Source of the DNA: Eledone cirrhosa
Lineage: Eukaryota
Length of the DNA: 64,000 bases
Direction: 5' to 3'
Assembly: GCA_964016885.1 (NCBI GenBank)
Contig: OZ024740.1
Location: forward strand, 360,840,001-360,904,000
Every line of letters begins with the position of its first letter. Within the stretch, counting starts at the first letter, position 1. The notes under the pieces were generated by a model, which made no database searches, was not told the origin of the DNA, and saw only the letters and a program-made list of their open reading frames with translations. Both the position numbers and the translations under genes were made by a program. Positions 1-12,489 of the stretch are shown piece after piece.

Positions 1-294
1 CCCACTCTCCCACTGCAAAGTGGTCATGGAGGTGCCATGGCAAAAAAGCACCCAGCCCACACTGTAAAGTAGACGTGTAGGCGCCACGGAAAAAAAGCAC
101 CCAGCACTCACTGTAAATGAGGTTGGTGTTAGGAAGGGCATCCAGCTGTAGAAATCAAGCCAGAATCAGTTCCTGTATGAGCAAGACATGGTCAGCCAAC
201 CAGACACTGCCCACAACAGGACAACCCGTCTAACCCATGCTAGTGTGGAAGAACGGACGTAAAGCGGTGATGATGATGATGATGATGATGATGA
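1..294 (+). mobile_element. 3' UTR and (GAT)n tail of RTE LINE family A (runs off window edge)
   Basis: Near-identical to the UTR after the RT stop at 14531-14838 and 55796-56052; ends in (GAT)n then (TA)n. Confidence 0.9.
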
Positions 295-295
295 C

Positions 296-326
<31 letters not shown>

Positions 327-331
327 TACAT

Positions 332-374
<43 letters not shown>

Positions 375-384
375 TATATAATAC

Positions 385-571
385 AGTAAAATGACAAGAG
401 GCCAGACAGGTAAAATTCCTTCAGGTTTTTATTTCTGGAAACACTATGTACATTTCAGTGGTCAGGTTACATATGAACCTGGTGACATCATCAGGCGTAT
501 ATTGCATCATAGTGTTTGCAGGAATAAAAATCTGAAGGAATGTGATATGTCTGGCCTCCTGTCATTTTACT
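385..571. repeat. Fold-back inverted repeat (arms 385-448 / 508-571) next to (TA)n; probable Penelope-like pseudo-LTR remnant
   Basis: agtaaaatgacaagaggccagaca...aaacactatg is the imperfect reverse complement of catagtgttt...tgtctggcctcctgtcattttact. Confidence 0.85.
441..498 (-). ncRNA. Minimal type I hammerhead-ribozyme-like motif in the hairpin loop (degenerate)
   Basis: Minus strand reads acgc CTGATGA ...caggtt catatgt aacctg... GAAATGTACAT A gtgt; stem I acgc/gtgt; stem III looks like a CpG-decayed ACGTACGT palindrome. Confidence 0.55.
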
Positions 572-712
572 CGATAATATTTAACTCTGTTCCCACACCA
601 CCAACAGGATTAAACATGGATGAATTGCGTAACGTCGAGTGCTTTCCTACTATTACATCATGGTTAACAATGCGGAATGACCAATTCTACCCAGTGGTGA
701 ACCACCAAAATT

Positions 713-1067
713 TTAAACATACGGTATATTGCCAAATATACTACACATACATTCATGTATACATCGCTATTTCAGAGCACCATTCCTAATAACTAATTTT
801 TGCTGGACCGGCAATCACTCTGTATAATCAGCTCCTGATTATTACTGGAATTCTATAAGAATCCAGCTTCTATAATTTTCAGTGGAAGCAGGGGGTGCGT
901 GGCTCTGATGATCACCAGCCAGCGTGAAACAGACTGTTAGCTTCTCTCCCTTCTTTTGCCGAAAAGAAGTGACATAGTCACTACTTTAAAACCGATAACG
1001 TATGGTCTTCTAAATGTTTTTAATTAAACATACAGTATATTGCCAAATATACTATACATACATTCAT
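713..1067 (+). mobile_element. 311-nt repeat unit plus partial second copy; pseudo-LTR or retrozyme-like
   Basis: aaacatac(g/a)gtatattgccaaatatacta(c/t)acatacattcat occurs at 715 and 1026; a relative lies at 15491-15694. Confidence 0.65.
901..942 (+). ncRNA. Minimal hammerhead-like motif with weak stem II
   Basis: ggct CTGATGA tcaccagccagcgt GAAACAG a CTGT T agct; stem I ggct/agct; near-palindromic stem III ACAG-a-CTGT. Confidence 0.5.
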
Positions 1068-1255
1068 ATCATCATCATCATTTTACGTCCACATTTCCCT
1101 GCTTGCAAGGGTGGGACGAGAGCTGATTCTGGCTTAATTTCTACAGCTGGATATCCTTCCTAACACCAACCTCATTTACAGTGAGTGATGGGTGCTTTTT
1201 TGCCGTGGCACCTCCACGACCACTTTGCAATGGAATGATAGGGACCCAGTCCCTC
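1068..1255 (-). mobile_element. Truncated SINE with RTE-A-derived 3' tail
   Basis: Matches 50310-50512 and 60430-60630; (GAT)n tail on minus strand. Confidence 0.8.
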
Positions 1256-1265
1256 AAGAATTGAG

Positions 1266-1297
<32 letters not shown>

Positions 1298-2789
1298 TCA
1301 TCATCAATATATATATGTATATATATATATATAATATGTATATATGCATGTATGTATATATATTAATATTAGGGTGGCAAATTGAGTCATCATTACTGTA
1401 AGATGGAGTAAATCTTTTTTCATTATGAAGACTAAGGAATTATAAAAGAATGTAAGCATTTGAAAGTTTTGCAAAAGATTACAGGTTTTGTATAAAAAAT
1501 TGTTGTACACTACATTACCGTAAATATACATATATTTAAAACTATATACTATACTATATGCCACACAAGAAAGGCAGTTTAAACTTTTATTCATTGTGTA
1601 TAACATATTCCTATTATTTACATTAAATAATTTGATCAAATCCAGGCTGACCAAATTATTTATATTACATAATTTGGTCAATAGCAGGCTGACTTTGTTT
1701 ACCAAATATGATTGTGCCAGAGTTTTAGGAATATGTTTAGAAAGTTGATTGGTACTTTATTTCATCAACCTTGGATCGATAAACTTTGTTAGGATTTGTA
1801 CTATGAGCACAGAAAGCCAAAACAAACACTGCAAAGCGTTCTCTTTGATGATTAAATGATCCTGCCACTTTACCACCATCTTAATAACTTAATAATGAGA
1901 AAGTTAGTTATTTTACTAAATCATTTCAGATTCATGATTATTTTCAAAATTAATTGAAACATTTATACAGTGTATTTTATAAGAAATATATTTTTCAAAT
2001 AGTGGGGATGGATAAGCAATATGACATAAACAGAATTGATTATTCTAAAATGTTTACAGAAAAAAAGAAAAAAAATCAAAGCTGCAATGTAGCATAAAAT
2101 GATATAAAATAACAAAACAATACAGATATTTCAAAATTAATCAATCAAACAAGCAACCAACCAATCAATATTGATTTATTACACACAAGTGTAGATAGAT
2201 ATCTTTGTGTGTATTCGGTTTACAGTAGGTTCACCATATCCCTGTGTATTGTCAGAGGTGACTAAAAGGGTTGGCTTCAGGAATAGCATCTGGCTGTAAA
2301 ACATTGCCACAAAATGGACCAGATTGATGTGGATAAAACCAGTTATGAGGTTCACAAGGCTTTAGCAGCGAAAACAGCCTTAAAATCAATTGTTGTTGTA
2401 CAAATGTGATAGATAGACACTTCACTCAACCACATGTATCCATCAAAATAAGAAAATAGGATTAAAAATTTAATTTAAAAATTTTAATTTAATTTAGAAT
2501 AAATTCTACAGCAATTAAGTACACAAAAGATAAATATCAGCACCAGAATAAGATGTCAATTTTTAGTAGGCAGCTTTTCCCATGAAAGGAATTGAATACA
2601 AATCTTTAAACTGGTTAATTTCATAATCCTGCCCCTGCTTTTAGAGGTGAATTTTACTTATGCATTATACCTAGTTACAGCTTGGTGGACTGAGATGTTA
2701 AGAACTAAAAATCTTGACCATGACACAATTCAGTGTTGATTATATGAGTTATTCACACTACCTCATGAGAGAGAGGGGTGGTTTTGGTA

Positions 2790-3010
2790 TTATTATTGTG
2801 GGTTTAGGAATGGCAGATTTGTTAGAGCATTGGACAAAATACCACATGGTATTTGTTCTAGTTTATGTTTTGAGTTTAAATCTTGAAATTAACTTTGCCA
2901 TTTGTCCTTCCAGGGTCAATAAAATAAAGTACCAGTAATGCAGTGGGGTCGATTTAATCAACTTTCCCCCTCCCCAAATTGTTGACCTTGCGCCTAAATA
3001 AGAAACCATT
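2790..3010 (+). mobile_element. Older tRNA-derived Nin-domain-like SINE
   Basis: tggcaga A-box-like start, gagtttaaatc B-box-like, ccttccagggtcaataaaataaagtaccag core. Confidence 0.65.
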
Positions 3011-3384
3011 ATTATCATTACTCATCGTCATTTGACTACACTAGTAGACATCTACAACTCTATTCCATCCATTGCAGCTTTCATAATCAGTTGTGGTCCC
3101 ATGGTCAGGTGATTATCTTTGGCCATTGATGGGATTTGAATCCTGAAGCAGGATTTGAACTCAGAACGCAAAGTATCAAAACATACTTGCAAAGCATTTC
3201 ATCCGATACTCTGACAATTCTGCCAATCCACCACCATATACTACTACTTTATTCTATTGACCTTGAATAGATGATAGGCAAAGTTGACTTTGATATAGTT
3301 TGAATCCAGAGTACAGAGAAACTGAGACAAATACCACAAGATAGTTATCTAATTAACTATCAACCTACTCAATTTGCCACCTTC

Positions 3385-3613
3385 CCTTTACCATTTAAAC
3401 CAGCCATATCCGGCCAGAATTCTTTCATCTCTTTCTGTTCAAACCGGCTGAAACTGGCCATTCATACTAATGTTAAGGTAGTGTTCTCAAAATAAATAAT
3501 ATCAAAATCTTATAGATTCGATATTATGTGAGATAATTATGTAAGATAATGCCTTTACCATGAAAATATAATAGTAAATACAGTATAGAGTAATGTAAAT
3601 GCTAAAGGGTTAA
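3385..3613. mobile_element. piggyBac-like MITE family 1
   Basis: ccctttaccattta ... taaatgctaaagggttaa termini; reverse-orientation homologue of 20630-20853. Confidence 0.75.
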
Positions 3614-3739
3614 TATTAATATTACTATTATTTTTGTTTATGTAAATAAACTGTGGAAGTCTGATTATTTCAATCAAGAAGTCCATTTTTCTGTCTTAAT
3701 CCTTTTATTTTGAAACTGCCCTAGGTTCTATGATAGTTC

Positions 3740-3932
3740 TTTTCTTATACCCACTAATTCCTGAGAGGATTGTGGGGAGCTGAGTCCTTAGACATGCCTT
3801 GCAGACGGTCCTATCAGGCTTTGCCTGTAAAATTTGTCCTGCAATTTTTTTGTTAGACATTCTATCCACACACCTGTAATACCAGAGTTGTGATCTCTTC
3901 ATGTGAAGAAGCAGTGTCTCTATCTGGAGTGA
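3740..3932 (-). pseudogene. Degenerate RTE RT C-terminal fragment nested in a MITE
   Basis: MKRSQLWYYRCVDRM...ILQAKP resembles the RTE motif RSQLRWYGHVxRM. Confidence 0.5.
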
Positions 3933-4107
3933 CTTTTATCTAAATTCTTGATTATTTTCAAAATGATTTGAAAATCAAAGGCAATGTCTTTATTAGAAAT
4001 ATGGCAATGAAAGGGTTAAAAAATGGCAACTAGGTATTTGAGAAGAAAAGCTTCCAGGAATCCATGCCTGCAGACTGGACTTTATTTCATGTGGAGCTAT
4101 TCATTTG

Positions 4108-4334
4108 TTAACCTTTTTGATACCAAACCACCCCTGGCTCTACAATACAAGAAATGATTTTGATGTGTTTATATTTATCTAAAAATCTTCCATCATTTAA
4201 CTTTGTTAAGTTAAGCTTCAAACACCCATGTAATAATGAGAAAGTAATACCACTAAATTTCTTGATTATTTTCAAAATGGTTAAAAAATCATAGGCAATG
4301 TCCTTCATTAGAAATATGGTAATGAAAGGGTTAA
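4108..4334. mobile_element. piggyBac-like MITE family 2 (further degenerate copies near 7.1, 11.9, 20.9, 26.6, 42, 43.7 and 59 kb)
   Basis: TTAA-ccttt ... aaaggg-TTAA termini; conserved internal tcattagaaatatggtaa. Confidence 0.7.
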
Positions 4335-4501
4335 TGTTATTTAGTCATAGTCAGTCACATCAACAAGATGGTAGCCAATCCAAACAGGATGGGTTGTTAC
4401 AACCAATAGATGTTAGTGTTTTTTTGATCATTTTTTTTTTTCATATAAAGGTGTTAGTTATGGTGATGGAATGGAAGGAAGTGGTTTAGAACGGGTCTTA
4501 C

Positions 4502-4588
4502 CGCTTGGCCTCTTTTTCTGCAATAATCTGGCCTAGTTTTCGGGCAGTCTCCTCAGCAGCCAATTTCTCGGCTTCCAATGGCTTTAGC
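4502..4588 (-). CDS. RUFY2: Internal exon (87 nt, phase 2/2) of RUFY-family gene: (K)LKPLEAEKLAAEETARKLGQIIAEKEAK(R)
   Basis: Acceptor ctgccttgtcacccctAG, donor CG|GTAAGA; joins in frame to exon 46548-46645; the joined peptide resembles the RUFY1/2/3 coiled coil (recalled, not searched; symbol is family-level). Confidence 0.85.
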
Positions 4589-4878
4589 CTAGGGGTGACA
4601 AGGCAGGGTGGCGCACACAACGACGTCAGACGAAGATGAGAAGGAAGAGGAGGAGCCAGCAGGTTGCAGCATGCAAAAGAAAACAAAAAAAAAGCACACT
4701 CGTTGGTAGAAGTCATTTTTGGCATGACACAACATGATAACGTGCTGTTGTTGTTGCTGCTGCTGCTGCTGCTTCTTCCACTGCTGTGGTAGGGGTGGGG
4801 GAACTGGAGTGAGAGGGAGAGGGGAACAATGGGACAAAGTGGCAATTATTTTTTTTTTATGAATTAAAAAAAAAAGAC

Positions 4879-5090
4879 CAGTGGAGGCAATACCCCAACA
4901 TGGCTATAACCCACAGACTAAAACCATTAAAAAAAATACCATTGAGGCAATGCTCCAACATGGACATAACCCTCAGACTGAAACCAATAAAAAAAAAGAA
5001 GACGAAAAAAGAAATGAACATTGAAGGCAATGCCCCAGCATGGCCAGCCATAGTCCACAAACTCAAACCAGCAAAAGAAAAAGAAAAATC
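4879..5090 (+). repeat. Three tandem SINE 3'-tail fragments
   Basis: aggcaatgc(t/c)ccaacatgg...aaacca-A-rich repeated three times. Confidence 0.65.
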
Positions 5091-6229
5091 ATTTACATCC
5101 TAATGTAGAAGTTGGGCTTGAAAAAGGATGGGGATGTGACTTTTAGTAGGAACGGTAGTGGTGGCAGAGGTGGTAGTAGTAGTGATGATGGCCAGCAAAG
5201 ATTTTAAACCCAAATTTCTCTATCTTAAGTTCAAAACTCCAAAGTTGGTCTAGCATGAATTTATCTAAGAGTTGTCAAGATATATAGTTTTGTAAATCTG
5301 AATTAGTGACTCAATTCTTTCTTTTTACCTACCACTACACAGACTTTCACTGCTAACATTCTGTATTATGTGTTTGCATATGAATATGTGTGTGTATGTG
5401 TTTTCACATTTGTGTGTTTGAACTGATGAGTGTCTATTTTCAACCAAGTCTGAGTTATAACACTGATTAAATTGTAAAATAGAAGTTGCTATCATCAACC
5501 CCAAAAAGGTTATAAACCATTGGTGAAAGGTTAGAAGATAACATTTCTTTTTTCTCTAGACATTCATCAGGCTAAAGTTTATCCGAGTTTCAAATATGTT
5601 AAGCAAGTGAAAGTAGAAAAATTCCCCTTGGATGGGATGCCAGTTCATTGCAGGTTTAACCCCTAAATGCTGCTAGAAGGAGAGAGGGTGGATGGGGAAG
5701 GAACGAGAGAGTGAAATGAGAAAGAAATATAGAGGATAAATTGACTCCCGTATTGACCTGGTACTTTACCTTTGAACCTTGAAAGAATGGTGGTATTTGA
5801 ACTGAGGGTGCCAGAACAAATACTGCAAAACATTCTATCCCAAAGTTTTAACAAGTCTACCACTCCATCCCCAGTAATATTATATAACATGGGTCAGCTA
5901 AATCTGGGGAATGTATGTCTTGGTAGTTGCAACATGGAAGTTAATAGGAACACATAACATGCGGAAAGGGAACATGCATTTCATCTTATTGATATAGATC
6001 TAAACCATCTTTTTTTATATTACCACTGACAAGTTACCATTTTTATGGCAATCTCTAAGAGATGGTGAACTGAGAATGAATGAAAAGCTTAATCAGTATT
6101 GAATAAGATGATAAGAAGGTGGAATGAAAAAATGTTCAGAAAATGTAATACCCCTTGTGGGGGTTAAAAAACAAACAAAACAAATTGTAGTCTGAAAGTA
6201 TTGCAAGGCAATTTACTTGCTATAGGTAA

Positions 6230-6660
6230 CAGTACCCTACAGCTATAGGGTACTACAACCTATAGTTATATGGTACTATAACCTATACTTAAATGGTACT
6301 GTAACCTATAACTATAAGGTAGTGCAACCTATAGATATAGGTTACAATACTCTATAGCTATAGAGTACTACAACCTATAATTATAGGGTACTATAAACAA
6401 TATAGTTTGTAATGCTCCATATCTATAGTTTGCAGTACCCTATAACTATATTCCGCAGTACCCTATAACTATATTTATAGGGTACTGTAACCTGTACTTC
6501 TAAGGTAACATAATATAGCTATAGGGTAACAAACTATAGTTATAAGACAACAGCAACAAACTCTAGCTATATAATATTACAACCTACAGCTATAGCAGAA
6601 CATCCTACAAGTATATAGCTCAACAACATATACTTCTAAGTTAACAATATATATATCTTT
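6230..6660. repeat. Degenerate ~22-bp palindromic minisatellite
   Basis: Recurring ctatagctatagggtact(a/g)(c/t)aac units, e.g. gtaccctacagctatagggtac. Confidence 0.75.
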
Positions 6661-6759
6661 AGGGCAGTAGTTCTCAGAGACCTAAGTCATATTCCACTGT
6701 CAATTATTTTTTCACCATGAAACTTTTACAGAGCTATTTGCAATCACACTTATAATTGG

Positions 6760-7100
6760 GTGCATTGGTATTTCATTTGATATATATACACAATGTGCAT
6801 TATAGGTGAGTATATTGGTATTTAATTTTATATATATATACATATATATAATGTACTCTATAGTTGGGTATATTGGTATTTCATTTGATATATAAATATA
6901 TATGATGTACTCTATAGTTACGTATATTGGTATTTCATTTGATATATCTACACAATGTGCATTATAGCTGAGTATATTGGTATTTCATTTGATATATATA
7001 TATCATGTATTCTATAGCTGAGTATATTGGTATTTCTTTTGATTTGTATATATCCAATGTACACTCTAGATGGGTGTATCAGTATTTCATTCAAATATCC
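6760..7100. repeat. ~46-50-bp minisatellite
   Basis: About 7 copies of tatag..gagtatattggtatttcatttgatatata. Confidence 0.85.
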
Positions 7101-7512
7101 TTAACTCTTTTATACCAGGTCACATGACACTGCTTAATTCTTTGATAAAAAAAGAGCAACTAAATTTTGAAGTATTTTATTTGAATTTAAACCTACTCTC
7201 AAAATTTTATGTAAGAAAATTTTGTTGTGTTATATAATCTGAATAAGTTTCATAGTAAAAAAATTAGTTATTTTGATAAATCCCTCCAAAGTCCTGATTA
7301 TTTAAAAAAAAATTATTTGAAACACATTAACAGTGTATTTTTTTAGAAATATTGTCAAGAGACAATACATATATACCTGTTTCTTGTTTCTATTAAAACT
7401 ATTCTTCTCATTTCTACACACAGTATAATTTGGTATTTCAATGCAGATGGGTGGTATAATGGTCAACACTACTTTTAATGTAAATTGCATTTTTATCAAC
7501 TTTGAAGTTAAG

Positions 7513-8506
7513 ATGTCAAAACGAGACTTTTGCCAAATTTATTTCTTTGTGTTTAAACTTGGCTTTAGTGTAGCACATACAATTAGAAACAAATGAAGTT
7601 TGGGACCAAGGAAGTATTAATGAATGCAAAGTGCAACATTGGTTTCAAAAATTCTGTTGTGCTGAATTTACTTTTGAAGATAAGGAAGGTCAAGGATGCC
7701 CTTCTGTCATTGACAATGATGAATTATTGAAGGCTTTGGTGGAAGCAAATCCTCACACAACTGTTTGAGAGCTTGCAGGAGAGCTAGATGTAAACATTGG
7801 AACAAATTCTGAACCGCATTGGAAAGTTAAAGAAGCTTGAAAAATAGGTCTACCTTGCACTTCTTTTGTGCAACAAAAATGACCCATTTCTTGATTGCAT
7901 TGTGATGTGCTATGAAAAGCGGTTCCTATATAATGACTGATGATGTTCAGTATAGTGGCTGCACCGGGATGAAGCCCCTGGACATTTCCCAATTTGGAGT
8001 AGCACCAAAAGAAAGTAATGGTGACTCTTTGGTAGTCCGCAGCCAGATCAATCTACTACTGCTTTCTGAGTCCTAGTGAAACTATCAAGGCAGAGAAGTA
8101 TTGTCATACAATCGATGAAATGCATAAAATATTGCAGCATATGTGATCAATAGAAAAGGTCCAATCTTCTTGCATGACCACATATCACACAACCAATTCT
8201 GCTGCACCAGCATACTTACTGGATCTTTCACCAATTAATTATCACTTTTTCAAGCATTTTGACAACTTCTTTCAAGGAAAAGTCTTCACAACCAAACAGC
8301 AGCAGAAATTGTATTTAAAGATTTCATCACCTCCAGAGCTTCAGAATTCTATGTTAGCAGAATAAATAAGCTTGTCTCTTGGCAAAAATGTGTACATTCT
8401 AATGTTTTTTTTATTTATTTTGAACAATAGAGTTTATTCTGGACTGAGATATGTTATTTTAAAGTTAATGTTTAAAAACCAGCATTGATTTCTGAACAAC
8501 CTGATA
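7513..8506 (+). mobile_element. Decayed mariner transposon (Hsmar1/SETMAR-like transposase pseudogene and right TIR)
   Basis: MSKRDF..FKLG..WFQKF..EDKEG; KKVMVTLW; PAYLLDLSPINYHFFKHFDNF (YSPDLSP-like); ends aaaaccagcattgatttctgaacaacctgata; many stops and frameshifts. Confidence 0.85.
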
Positions 8507-9159
8507 CATCTGCTTTACATGCTGGCATGGGTTTTATGGGCCATCACAATCCAAGAGTAGATATGGTTGGATAACTACATCTTGCTCATACACTTCATAT
8601 TTTGGCATAGTTTCTACAGCTGGATGTCCCTATCGCACCAACCACTTTACAGAGTGAACTGGGTGCAGTTTATTATGACACCAGCACTAGAAAGGTTGTC
8701 AGGTGCTATATTGAATCAGTTTATTTGTTAATGTCCTATTAAAATTAAAGTAGTGGGTGTTGTTTATAAAATACAGGTATGGGTTCCACATATTTGTGGA
8801 AAATCATATACATGTTCTACAATGAAATAAGTTTGGGAGCTGTGCTCTACAGCAACAAGTCAGGTAAAAATGATTTTCTGTATGTTCTAAAAAGAAATTA
8901 TTATTATATTTTTTTTTTTGCACTTGTTATTTATTTATCTAAGATGAAACTGGGGAATATAGTTTTGTGTTTGTTTTAAAAGACATTTTAGAGATATAAA
9001 ATATGAGCAGAAAGAATTAATTAGACCTAACATGCAATATTTTCCAGTAGGAACAGATATCTGAAGTGTTTTGAATGCTATGTTATGGTTCTCAACTTAA
9101 CTTGTGCACTGTTCTCTCTAAATTTATTGAATACATCTTTATAGAGACAAGACTTCAAA

Positions 9160-9365
9160 GGAAAGCAGAAGAAAGAAATGGTGACAGAAGATGATAAGAG
9201 AAGGTGATGATAACAGAAGAAAACTGATAATAAAAGAAAGTGATACTAGAAGAAAACAATGACGAGAAAGCAATAATAACCAAAGAAAGCAATGACAGTA
9301 GAAAAAGATGACACAAGAAAATGATAACATCAAGAAAACAATAATGATAGAAGAAAGCCATAATG
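9160..9365. repeat. Purine-rich ~19-bp minisatellite
   Basis: Repeated agaagaaagcaatgata(a/c). Confidence 0.7.
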
Positions 9366-9709
9366 AATCTAGTTACAAATCTACAACATCCCAGCCTCTA
9401 TTGAATTATATACACTTTCAGCCATAGAGTCCAAGAAAGAAATCAAAATATACATACACATGCAAATGAGCTTAATTTGTCAAAAATAGCAGCTAAATTT
9501 CTCTTGAATAAAAAAAAAAAAAAGAAGATACTTTGGATAATGTAGTCTGGAATAAACTATGCCTGAAAAAATAGATGGGATCATATGTCTGCTCAGAGGG
9601 AACTTATGGTCAAAACAATAGTATATACATGTAGAAATCTCCAAAATTATGGCAGTTAAAAAAAAAAAATCCTTCATAACACGGTAAAGTAATACAACAA
9701 CAACACGTA

Positions 9710-10145
9710 TTTTAAGGTAATTATTCCTGCTGAAGGAGGGGTTAGCTTTGTAGGCGCATGACAAGCTTCTACATTTTACCCTATCAGCTGCAACCTCCTT
9801 CACCAATCACCTGGCTTTCATTTCTTTTTCCATCAGCTTTGGTCTCTCCCTTCCTCTACCTCTTTCTACACTCATCTTCATCATTACTCTCACTCAGTCA
9901 CTTTCATCCTTCTTGAACACATGACCCAACCATCTCATTCCATTTCTCTTTACAACCTTCATCACTGATTCTACTCTATCACTACTCTCACCTAGTCACT
10001 TTCATCTTTCCTCATTGCATGACCCAACCATATCATCATATCATTCCATTTCTCCTCACAACATTCATCACTGGCTCTATCTCCATCTCCCCTCTCATAC
10101 AGTTATTTTCATCCTTCCTCAACTCATGACCCTACTATCTTATAC
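9710..10145 (-). mobile_element. Old RTE 3' fragment whose 5' ~100 bp is triplicated
   Basis: atgaccc(a/t)ac (WLGHV-like on minus strand) at 9921, 10019 and 10126; followed by GRGRPK-like and AADR remnants. Confidence 0.6.
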
Positions 10146-12293
10146 CAATAAAATAAATATTAAAACAAAAACATTTTATTAAAACAGAATTATATATTAA
10201 AAAAATGAATAAGTTTTATTGCAAGATCTCAGGTTATGACAACAACGAAGGAATCTTTATGTGACTACAGGAAATACTAGAAATAGCAGCTAAATATCAC
10301 TTAAATCACTTGACTATGTTTAAAGAAAAAGGAAGGATACATTACATAATGTAACCTTAGATACAACTGGCCCTTTACCCACAAAAATAATTGTTTCTGT
10401 TTTTGGCACATTACTGGTGCTTTATTTTATCGACCTTGTAAGGATGAAAAACAAACCTAACCTCGGCGGGATTTGAACTCAGAACGTAAAGCACCATAAC
10501 TCTGTGCTGCAAAGCATGGTGCCCCCACAAAAATAATGATTTCTAATTATAAAATGATCATGACTGAAACCAGAATGCCTCTAATCATTAGTTTACTGAA
10601 TGGTGGTTGGCTTGAGACAGCTAAAAGGAAAAGAGCTGATCATCTCCATTGCTGATACTATCAACCAATCACAAGTCCTGGGAGAAGGAGGTGGAATTTG
10701 AACTCAGAACGTATAGCAGCTAGATTAGATACAGCAAAGCATCTGATTTGACTCTTTAACAATTCTGCCAACCTACCACCTCTGGACTGGTACTTTATTT
10801 ATAGACCACAAAAGGACAAAAGGCAAAGTTGCCTTTGGTATGATTTGAACTCATAGCATAGTGAGCTGGAACAAATACTGAGGCATTTAAAACTGACATC
10901 ATAATGACTTTGTCAAATTGCACCTTAAACATTGAGATATTATTAATCTCATTGTTTTCTTTTGCTACAATATTCTTTTATTCCAATATTCTTCAAGTGG
11001 TTTCTGTCATTAGACTGTAGCCAAGTTAGGACATAGCTTTGAAGGGATTTAGTTGATCATATTGACCCCAGTACTAATTTATTTTTCAAGTTTGACACTT
11101 ATTTTGTCTACTTCTACCTGTTGAACTGATAGGTTATGGGAAATAAAAAAACAGTAAACATACACATATACAATTAGCAGAGTTGCTAGAGGACTGGATT
11201 AAAATTCTTTGGGTGTAATTCTTCCAGCTCTCTAGAGTTCAACTTTGTTTTTCATCCTATACACCAACCTTATGATATCCTCCAGTATTATCATGGACAC
11301 AGGATAAGCTAGTGTGGAAATTATTTTGTTTGAGTTCCAATCCAGTTGAACTTTTACAAACTAAAAGATATAATTAAATGACATGATGGTAACACTAATT
11401 AGTCTTAAGTGGATTAAGAAAGCATCATTGTTAATAAAATAATTAGCTGTAACATCTCCACCATCATTGCAGCCACTGCCTCCATCCTCTCTCCCCCAAC
11501 TCACCACCATAATCATCATTGTTGCCACTACCACTACCATCCCCACCAACATTACATAGTCACTGCCATTATTATCATCCCCACCTCAATTATTATCATC
11601 ACTACTACAACAACCACTGCACTCACCACCACCACAACCTCGCCCATTATCACCCCTCCCCATCTCATCCATTATCATCATCACCACCAGCTCACCTATT
11701 ATCATCATCACCTCCACCATTATGTGCTAATTGTGTTGTCAATAAGTCATTGAATATCTCTTCTATCATCCCTTTGATCCAGCAACTATTGACAGAGAGA
11801 GAAAAACGTGCAATGTACTGAGCAAAGCACTACACACTGCCAGTCCAATTTAATCCTTTTCATATCAAATTGCCTGAAACTGTCATTGGTTCTATAATAA
11901 AGCTGTTTAATTTGAAGTGTTGATATTTATCTAAAAATCCTTCCATCATAATTTTAAGTTTGTTAAGTTATGTTCCAAACACCAGTTAAATAATGAAAAA
12001 GTTATATAACTAAATCCAAATTCTTGATTATTTTTGAAATTATTTGAAAATCACAGGCAGTGACAACAATAACAATCTTGATAAGATGCAAAACACTCCA
12101 AAACAATCGTCGATTGTTTTCTCTCAGCTACTGCTGGAACAAAAGGATGATGTTGTCATCTAACATGTGTTTATGAGGCTGTTTACTTGTAAACAAACCA
12201 AATATTATGTTATTATCAAAAGATTATTATTCATTCACGAATACATTTAGGTATCCACCATGTTAAGAGCGAAAACAAATTATTTATATATAT

Positions 12294-12349
<56 letters not shown>

Positions 12350-12489
12350 CTTTGTTCAAACTATGCAACAGCCTGTTTGTAAAATTAATGTGCAAGTGGT
12401 TGACTAAATCCACAGATAGAGATAATCTTAATGTAATTCTCAGGGAGATTCAATGTGACAATGTGTGACAAGGATGTTCCTTTGAAAGG

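Noticed and set aside
391-789. 132-aa ORF
   Set aside because: It runs through a fold-back hairpin and a repeat junction, with no recognisable domain
4589-4845. PolyQ and polyS ORFs
   Set aside because: Products of a (CAG/CAA)n run; only 4502-4588 has both splice sites and homology
5420-5575. CTGATGA at 5423 and TCATCAG at 5564 as hammerheads
   Set aside because: No stem II followed by a correctly placed GAAA and stem III
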